A stretch of 56,820 bases of DNA. Origin: Anaerolineae bacterium (GTDB lineage: Bacteria; Chloroflexota; Anaerolineae; B4-G1). Below the pieces are notes generated by a model. It ran no database searches, had not been told where the DNA came from, and saw only the letters and a list, made by a program, of their open reading frames with translations. A program made the position numbers and the translations under genes. Location of the stretch: positions 1 to 56,820 of the forward strand of contig JAOAAG010000416.1 in NCBI GenBank assembly GCA_026418995.1, written 5' to 3'. This document shows, in pieces, positions 9,806 to 16,203 of this stretch (position 1 is its first letter; every line of letters starts with the position of its first letter).

Positions 9806-11199
9806 CAGCCGTCCCTTTCCTCCGCAGCTCTGGTCAGGCGTGAGAACAGGCTGAGCACCATGGCCGCCGCGCCGCTGGCATGGGCCACCGTCTCCGGGAT
9901 GTCCATCGGGCCGACGACCGTGCCAGCCAGGAAAACGCCCGGTCGGATGGTCTCAACCGGATGAAGGTTCGGCTCCAAAGGAAGCAACCAGCCGTGCTCG
10001 TCGGTGGGCAGGCCCAGCATCCCGGCCAGGCGACGTGTCTCGGGGCGGGGCACAAGGGCCGGCGCCACGACCACCATATCGGCGGCGATCTCAACCTGGC
10101 GGCCGCTCAATGTATCGGCTCCCAGCACGATCACCTTGCCATCCTCACGCACCAGACGGGATACCTTGCCCCGCAGGTAGACCACGTGCTCGTCCTCCAT
10201 CGCCCGCTGGGTGAACTCATCGTAACGTTTACCCGCGGCACGGATATCAATATAGAATACGTAGGCCTGGCCCTCGTGGACGCGATGGCGATAGAGCATC
10301 GCCTGCTTAGCAGCGTACATGCAGCAGATTTTGGAGCAGTAGGAGAGGTGTCTTTCCGGCTCGCGGGAGCCAGCGCATTGAATAAACACGACCTCGCGCG
10401 GCACCGTCCCGTCGGAGGGGCGCAGCACTTTGCCGCTGGTAGGGCCGGAGGCGGACAGCAGACGCTCGAAGGCCAGCCCGTCTATCACATCCGCGATCCG
10501 ACCGCCGCCGTACTCCGGCATCCGGGAGAGGTCGTACAGCTCGTAGCCGGTCGCCAGCACCACTGCCCCCACCTCCACTTCAACGAGCTGCGCTTCCTGA
10601 GCATAGTCAATGGCCCCGGTCGGGCAGAAGCGCTCACAGGCGCGACATCTGCCCCGCTGGAAGAAGGTACAATGCTCCTGATCAATCACCGGCTTATTGG
10701 GCACCGCCTGCGGGGAGAGGGTATAGATGGCCTTGCGTTTCCCCAGCTTGCGCTCAAACTCGGCGTCCACACGGGTAGGGCATTTCTCCTGGCAGTAGCC
10801 GCAACCCGTGCACAAATCCCAGTTGACATAGGCTGGGTGGCGGCGGATGAGCGCGCGGAAACCCGTCCCCTCAGGGACAATGGCCTCTACTTCAGCATAA
10901 GTGAGCAGCTCAATGTGAGGATGATGTCCCACCTCAACGGTACGGGGGGTGAGAATGCACTGGGCGCAGTCCAGGGTGGGGAACGTCTCTGAGAGCTGGG
11001 CCATCCGGCCGCCGATGGAAGGCAGCCGTTCCACAAGTACCACGCCATAGCCTGCGTTGGCGATCTCCAACGCAGCCTGCATGCCGGCAATGCCAGCTCC
11101 GACGACAAGCGCGCGCAGGGGGAAGCCGTGTTCCACGACTGGAAGTATAACCCGTTTTGGGCCCTGAGTCAATCCGCAGCCAGCGCCCTCCCGTGCCAC
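9805..11199 (-). CDS. hdrA: HdrA-like FAD/FeS oxidoreductase, paralog 1 (FAD fold with an inserted 2x[4Fe-4S] ferredoxin)
   Basis: Motifs are VVGAGIAGMQAALEIA, FPTLDCAQCILTPR, CTGCGYCQEKCP, CRACERFCP and IQCAGSREPERHLSYCSKICCMY. Confidence 0.85.
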   Translation of the reverse strand: MAREGAGCGLTQGPKRVILPVVEHGFPLRALVVGAGIAGMQAALEIANAGYGVVLVERLPSIGGRMAQLSETFPTLDCAQCILTPRTVEVGHHPHIELLTYAEVEAIVPEGTGFRALIRRHPAYVNWDLCTGCGYCQEKCPTRVDAEFERKLGKRKAIYTLSPQAVPNKPVIDQEHCTFFQRGRCRACERFCPTGAIDYAQEAQLVEVEVGAVVLATGYELYDLSRMPEYGGGRIADVIDGLAFERLLSASGPTSGKVLRPSDGTVPREVVFIQCAGSREPERHLSYCSKICCMYAAKQAMLYRHRVHEGQAYVFYIDIRAAGKRYDEFTQRAMEDEHVVYLRGKVSRLVREDGKVIVLGADTLSGRQVEIAADMVVVAPALVPRPETRRLAGMLGLPTDEHGWLLPLEPNLHPVETIRPGVFLAGTVVGPMDIPETVAHASGAAAMVLSLFSRLTRAAEERDG

Positions 11200-11202
11200 A
11201 CC

Positions 11203-12249
11203 CTAGCCCTGGCACAGGATATCAAGCAAGAGTGGATCAACCACTTGACCGGTGTGATCAACCAGGCCAAAGCTCATTTGCTTGTACGACCAGACTGCCC
11301 AGCCTATCCCGTCCTCTCTGAGCAGGGCCAGCAGATCGGCATACCAGCGCCTGCGGCTGCCGGGATCCGCATGCCCGATGACTCCGAACTCACCGCAGTA
11401 CAACTCGCGCCCGGTCTCGCGGACAAAATCGTGGGCCGGCCGCAGAAATTCACGCAGCAGGTCGCGGTCGAGAGGGCGGTCGGCTAGCCATTCGTATGCC
11501 GCGCGGTACTCAGGCGCACGCTGGAGGAATTCCCTTAGCCCGGTGAACGTGCCCGGATACTCCAGGGGCTGGTTGTACTCCATCGCTACGCGTACCCAGG
11601 GAGCTCGCTGATGGGTGAAGAGCAGCGGTTCGTAGAAATGGAAGGTGTAACAGACCTCATGGTCATCGAACAGCTCAAGGTTCCTCAGCTCGGCGGCGGC
11701 ATTATACTGGTTGCTGCCGATCATCACCCGTGCTCTGGGCGCGATGGAACGGATAGCCTCCAGTGTGCGCCGCACCAGCCTGTTCCAGGGAGCGCTGTCG
11801 GGCAGGACAACTTCATTGAGCAGCTCGAAGATGACGGGCACACCGGCGTCCTGATAGCGGGAGACGATCGCCTGCCACAGCGAGATAAAGCGCTGCTGAT
11901 CGGCCTCGACGGTGAACAGCGTGTTCAGACGCTGAGTCTCGTGGTGCAGGGTGTGAGCAAAGGAATAGCCTGGAGCACGATGGAGGTCAAAGACCACACC
12001 CAGACCTGCGGCCTGACACCATTCCATACACGCATCAACATATTGGAAACCCTCCTCGCGGTAGACTCCAGGCCAGTCATCCGACTCCAGTACCGGGTAA
12101 TCCACCGGCAAGCGGATGTGATCGAAACCCCAGCCCGCGATCTGCTCAATATCTCGCCGGGTGATAAAAGTACGGAAGTGCTCGTGGTCATCACTTCGAT
12201 ACTGAGAAAGCCATCCGCCAAGATTGACGCCTTTGGTAAAGTGGTCCAT
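11203..12249 (-). CDS. glycoside hydrolase family 5 (cellulase/mannanase-like)
   Basis: Motifs are GVNLGGWLS, FELLNEV (acid/base NE) and LYCGEFG (nucleophile). The start was trimmed to ATG 12249, behind a GGAGGAG RBS. Confidence 0.85.
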   Translation of the reverse strand: MDHFTKGVNLGGWLSQYRSDDHEHFRTFITRRDIEQIAGWGFDHIRLPVDYPVLESDDWPGVYREEGFQYVDACMEWCQAAGLGVVFDLHRAPGYSFAHTLHHETQRLNTLFTVEADQQRFISLWQAIVSRYQDAGVPVIFELLNEVVLPDSAPWNRLVRRTLEAIRSIAPRARVMIGSNQYNAAAELRNLELFDDHEVCYTFHFYEPLLFTHQRAPWVRVAMEYNQPLEYPGTFTGLREFLQRAPEYRAAYEWLADRPLDRDLLREFLRPAHDFVRETGRELYCGEFGVIGHADPGSRRRWYADLLALLREDGIGWAVWSYKQMSFGLVDHTGQVVDPLLLDILCQG

Positions 12250-12265
12250 AGTACTCCTCCTCTTG

Positions 12266-12280
12266 GGGTTATGATAACCC
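12266..12280. promoter_or_regulatory. 15-nt palindrome GGGTTATgATAACCC in the GH5 5' leader
   Basis: Read directly from the sequence. It lies immediately upstream of the GH5 RBS. Confidence 0.4.
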
Positions 12281-12346
12281 AACCTGGAAGCGCTGTCAAA
12301 CATTACGTGTGCATAAATTTTTCCGATGCCTACTGCGGTGGTTTTG

Positions 12347-12377
12347 AAAACCGCACAGAACGCAAGGGGCGCAAAGG
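12347..12377 (+). repeat. copy A of the dispersed intergenic motif AAAACC-N17-CGCAAAG
   Basis: The sequence is AAAACCgcacagaacgcaaggggCGCAAAGG. It is related to 26850-26879 (minus strand) and 34287-34316. Confidence 0.5.
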
Positions 12378-12482
12378 CGCTTGAGTGAGAGATTTCGCGC
12401 TCTGCGCGGCCTATGCGGTGTTTCACCAGGCACTCCCATCCTCGCGCAGCACCACGTCACCGCACCGGCCTCCGAAGTGTAA

Positions 12483-12806
12483 ACCCGCTTTTCCCCGGAA
12501 TTTGAACCAGCCTCTCAGTTAGCGTTCATCTTTGACGTAAACGAGCGCACGATCCGCAATTGGAGAAATGATGAGGCCGAAGGCCTCAAGGGCCTGTAAG
12601 AGACCCCGCGTCGTGGGCGACCGCGCAGCGCGACGCCAGCGCAGGATGAACAGATGGCCAGAACGGTTGAGCAGAGTCCTGCCGTGCTGGGCTATCTGGT
12701 CACTGCATGGACGGTGGTTAGTCTGTGTGCTCATCTTCTCGGAGAAGGAATCAGCATGACTCCTGCCACCTTGCGGCGGCGATTGCACGAATTGGGATTG
12801 CGGTGA
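12483..12806 (+). pseudogene. IS630-like transposase N-terminal HTH remnant (in-frame TAA at 12597, no DDE domain)
   Basis: One frame reads FIFDVNERTIRNWRNDEAEGLKGL*ETPRRGRPRSATPAQDEQMARTVEQSPAVLGYLVTAWTVVSLCAHLLGEGISMTPATLRRRLHELGLR*. This is the typical IS630/Tc1 HTH region, truncated. Confidence 0.65.
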
Positions 12807-12916
12807 CTGCGCCCCTGTCTGGTCACAGGCCAGCGTGACCCCCGATGGGCACCGAGGAGGTGCTGTGGCTTACCTCACTGCTACCGGAAACACTTCTGCG
12901 TAGTGACTCAGAATGC

Positions 12917-12945
12917 TGGACAAGCAGTTTGTTGTCTGGTACAAT
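12917..12945 (+). promoter_or_regulatory. sigma70-like promoter TGGACA-N17-TGgTACAAT for the Phd/YefM gene
   Basis: The hexamers, the 17-nt spacer and the extended -10 TG were read directly from the sequence. Confidence 0.6.
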
Positions 12946-12946
12946 A

Positions 12947-12970
12947 TATCCAAATTATCCATTTTGGATA
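12947..12970. promoter_or_regulatory. inverted repeat TATCCAAA-N8-TTTGGATA (putative antitoxin operator)
   Basis: The arms are a perfect 8 bp. The repeat sits between the -10 element and the RBS of the antitoxin gene. Confidence 0.55.
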
Positions 12971-12988
12971 ATACATGGAGGCAGTACG

Positions 12989-13240
12989 ATGACAACGAGA
13001 AGCATAAGTTCCACAGTAGCCCAAAACAACTTCGGTCGAGTTCTGGACGATGTCACTCATAATCATACCCGATATGTAGTTGAACGCCGTGGTATCCCTC
13101 TGGCTATCATTATCAGTTTCGATGACTTTGCCCATTTGCTGGGCGATGAACAGGAGCGGCAAATTATGGATAAAGTGCTGCGGGAACTGCGCCCTGAATA
13201 TCATCTTGGAGAAGCAATCGTCTCGACATCGCACACGTAG
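12989..13240 (+). CDS. Phd/YefM family type II antitoxin
   Basis: The N-terminus is MTTRSISSTVAQNNFGRVLDDVTHNHTRYVVERRGIPLAIIISFDDFAHLL. ATG 12989 lies behind a GGAGG RBS. The product is 83 aa. Confidence 0.8.
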   Translation: MTTRSISSTVAQNNFGRVLDDVTHNHTRYVVERRGIPLAIIISFDDFAHLLGDEQERQIMDKVLRELRPEYHLGEAIVSTSHT

Positions 13241-13283
13241 CTGTCGTGTAAGCGCTCGGTACCTGGGTGAGTGTACGGTGACA

Positions 13284-14672
13284 ATGTTTACAGAGCTATC
13301 AGGCCAGCAACCAAGACAACTGAAACTCTTTGAGGTAGGGACGGAGCAGCAAGTCACGCCGCTGGAAGAGGGCGGTTCCTGCTTTAGCGATCCCTCATTT
13401 GCCAGCAACAAGACCCAGCCCGTACACAGGTGGGTACCCTGGATAGCAGGATTCTCGAGCAAATTCGTTCGAGATGCTCTCAGTAGGTATTTGAGTGGTA
13501 AAGGGATCGTTCTGGACCCATTCTGCGGTGTAGGTACTACCCTCGTCGAAGCAGTACTGCTTGGACACCGAACAGTGGGCTTCGAAATAAACCCATATGC
13601 CGTTCTAGCTTGTCGTATCAAACTCCAGGCTGGCCAGATTGCTCTTGACGAACTGTATCACGAGATAGCCAGATTTCAAAGCTTTTACAGCGACAGCATA
13701 GCGAGTGCTCACACCCCCAAAAGCACTCCTCCGGCGGGGTTCAAGACCCGCTCTGAATTCTACAGTCCTAAGGTACTGCGCAAAGTCCTGCTGGTTCAGG
13801 ACTTCATTGCCACTATTGCGGATCCCCGTCTACAGGATTTGTTCAGATTGGCTTTTGCCTCAACCATGGTGCGTTACTCCAATTATTCTTACGAACCAAG
13901 CCTGGGCAGAAGAAAAAGCGCTGGCAAACCGGATATCGAGGATTTTCCTGTTGGCCGGGTGATTACGGAGAAATTGCTGGAGATGGCAGAAGATATAGCG
14001 TGGTTTCAAGAAGCACTGCCGGGCAAATCAGCCGATTGGCACGTATTCAACGACTCCTTCTTTGCTTACCACAAGTACTTGAGCCCCGAATCGGTTGACT
14101 TGATCATCACATCACCGCCTTACCTTAACAACTACCATTATAATCGCAACACGCGGCCACAACTGTACTGGTTAGGCTACGTTAAACACCCCAGAGATTT
14201 GAAGACCCTCGAGCACTCCAACTTCGGCAAATATTGGCAGACCGTCCGTGAACAGGCGAAGCTGGAGTTGGCTTTCTCTTTGCCCAACACAGATATTGAA
14301 GAGCAGATCCAAACCCTCAGGAAGATCAATCGGGAAAAAGGTATTTATGGCGGCAATGGATGGGCTAACTATGCCGTGGCTTATTTCAATGATTGTTACG
14401 CATTCGCAAAAGCTATCGACTTTGTTCTAAAGCCCAATGCCACGGCCCTGGTTGTCATTGGGAATAGTATATTGCAGGGCATCATGATACCAACTGACTA
14501 CTACTTTGCCAAAATCGCCGAGTCTATCGGCCTTGAAATAGTCAGAATTGATGTGCCACGAGCTACACGGGTTGGTAATAGCATTATTCAGTCAGATGCC
14601 AGAGTAGCCGGGGACAGGGAGACACAACGGCTATATGAGGCTGTAGTAGAGCTAAGGAAGAGGCCTACCTGA
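13284..14672 (+). CDS. N6-adenine/N4-cytosine DNA methyltransferase with AdoMet motif I N-terminal to the SPPY motif
   Basis: VHRWVPWIAGFS...VLDPFCGVGTTLVEA...GFEINPYA lies about 190 aa before DLIITSPPYLNNY. The gene is in a low-GC region. Confidence 0.85.
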   Translation: MFTELSGQQPRQLKLFEVGTEQQVTPLEEGGSCFSDPSFASNKTQPVHRWVPWIAGFSSKFVRDALSRYLSGKGIVLDPFCGVGTTLVEAVLLGHRTVGFEINPYAVLACRIKLQAGQIALDELYHEIARFQSFYSDSIASAHTPKSTPPAGFKTRSEFYSPKVLRKVLLVQDFIATIADPRLQDLFRLAFASTMVRYSNYSYEPSLGRRKSAGKPDIEDFPVGRVITEKLLEMAEDIAWFQEALPGKSADWHVFNDSFFAYHKYLSPESVDLIITSPPYLNNYHYNRNTRPQLYWLGYVKHPRDLKTLEHSNFGKYWQTVREQAKLELAFSLPNTDIEEQIQTLRKINREKGIYGGNGWANYAVAYFNDCYAFAKAIDFVLKPNATALVVIGNSILQGIMIPTDYYFAKIAESIGLEIVRIDVPRATRVGNSIIQSDARVAGDRETQRLYEAVVELRKRPT

Positions 14673-14863
14673 AGCAGCGCTGAGTTTGGCGATAAGGTCG
14701 TCCAAGCGCGGAGCGGGGCCGGTCAAGCGACTGGCCCACGGCCTGCCGGGGTGCAGTACATCCCATTCCGAAACACTCCTGAACTGCGGCGAGCGAAATA
14801 CGTGCAAATTGTAATCAAAATTCACGCCAGCTCTCTCTTGCAAGCGGGAAAATGCTGCCAGGG

Positions 14864-16189
14864 CTAACTAACCCACTCCCTCCAGCAAGGGCCTGTACGC
14901 TGGACCGCAGCCGACGCTCCTACGCCGATATCGCGCCGATAATGGGCGCCCTCAAAGCGAATGCGTCCCACCGCCTCATACGCCCGCTGACGGGCTTCCT
15001 CCAGGGTAGGAGCCGTGGCAGTCACCGCCAGCACCCGCCCTCCAGCCGTGACCAGCCGTTCCCCTGTGCCATCCGGGTTGGCCGGCGCAGTCCCGGCATG
15101 GAACACCACAACGTCAGGCAGGGCAGCCGCCTCGGCGAGGCCCGCGATCTCCCTGCCCTTTTCGTAATCGCCGGGATAGCCGCGCGAGGCCATCACCACG
15201 CAGACGGCACAGGCGGGCTTCCAGCGCAGCTCTATCTCCTCAAGCCGCCCCTCGACGCAGGCCAGGAGCACCTCCAGTAAATCGCTCTCCAGGAGCGGCA
15301 GGAGCACCTGGGTCTCGGGGTCGCCAAAGCGGCAGTTGAACTCCAGGACGCGCGGGCCAAGCGAGGTTAACATCAGGCCAGCGTAGAGGACGCCCACATA
15401 AGGGGTGCCCCGGCGGCGCAGCCCCTCTATGGCGGGCTGCAGGACGCGCTGGCTCACCTCGTCCACCAGCGGGGGCGGAAGGTAGGGGGAAGGGGCATAG
15501 CCGCCCATCCCACCGGTGTTGGGCCCTTCATCGTTGTCGCCGACGCGCTTGTAATCCCTGGCGGGGATCATCGGTGTGACCGTGATGCCGTCGGAGAAGG
15601 CCAGGAGCGAGGCCTCCTCACCAGTGAGGCAGCTCTCGATGAGCACCAGGTCACCAGCCGCTCCAAACGCACGCTCTACCATCGTGCGGTAGAGCGCTTC
15701 TTCTGCCTCCTCGAGCGTCCTGCACACGGCGACTCCCTTGCCTGCCGCCAGCCCGCTGGCTTTGATGACGATGGGGGCCCCTTGCCGGCGCAGGTAGGCA
15801 CGGGCCGTTTCATAATCATCAAAGATGGCCCCCACCCCGGTAGGTATCCCTTCCTCTATCATCAAGCGTTTGGCAAAAGCTTTCGAGCCCTCGATCTGGG
15901 CGGCTGCGGCGGTGGGGCCGAAGACGCGCAGGCCAGACGCCGCCAAGGCATCTGCCAGGCCATCCACCAGCGGGGCCTCAGGCCCCACGACGGTCAGCCC
16001 TATACGTTCGCGGGTCGCGAAAGAGACCAGAGCCGGGATATCGGTGGCCGCGATAGGGATGTTGTGGGCCACGGCAGCCGTGCCGCCGTTGCCAGGAGCC
16101 ACAAACAGCCGCTCCACGTGCGGAGATTGGGCCAGCTTCCAGGCCAGCGCATGCTCCCGTCCCCCCGATCCCACAACCAGTACGTCCAT
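14864..16189 (-). CDS. purD: phosphoribosylamine--glycine ligase
   Basis: The motif VLVVGSGGREHALAWKL and an ATP-grasp body are present. The product is 441 aa. Confidence 0.93.
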   Translation of the reverse strand: MDVLVVGSGGREHALAWKLAQSPHVERLFVAPGNGGTAAVAHNIPIAATDIPALVSFATRERIGLTVVGPEAPLVDGLADALAASGLRVFGPTAAAAQIEGSKAFAKRLMIEEGIPTGVGAIFDDYETARAYLRRQGAPIVIKASGLAAGKGVAVCRTLEEAEEALYRTMVERAFGAAGDLVLIESCLTGEEASLLAFSDGITVTPMIPARDYKRVGDNDEGPNTGGMGGYAPSPYLPPPLVDEVSQRVLQPAIEGLRRRGTPYVGVLYAGLMLTSLGPRVLEFNCRFGDPETQVLLPLLESDLLEVLLACVEGRLEEIELRWKPACAVCVVMASRGYPGDYEKGREIAGLAEAAALPDVVVFHAGTAPANPDGTGERLVTAGGRVLAVTATAPTLEEARQRAYEAVGRIRFEGAHYRRDIGVGASAAVQRTGPCWREWVS

Positions 16190-16203
16190 ACGCTCGCTCC
16201 CGT

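Noticed and set aside
9880-10992. 370-aa plus-strand ORF
   Set aside because: It is antisense to hdrA paralog 1 and has no motifs.
12519-12788. 89-aa minus-strand ORF
   Set aside because: The plus strand of the same region reads as an IS630-type HTH remnant, so the minus ORF is most likely antisense noise.
14652-14843. 63-aa minus-strand ORF between purD and the methylase (MQERAGVNFDYNLHVFRSPQF...)
   Set aside because: I recognise no family. It has a TTG start without a clear RBS and overlaps the methylase 3' end by 21 nt. It could be a gene remnant, but I cannot support a call.
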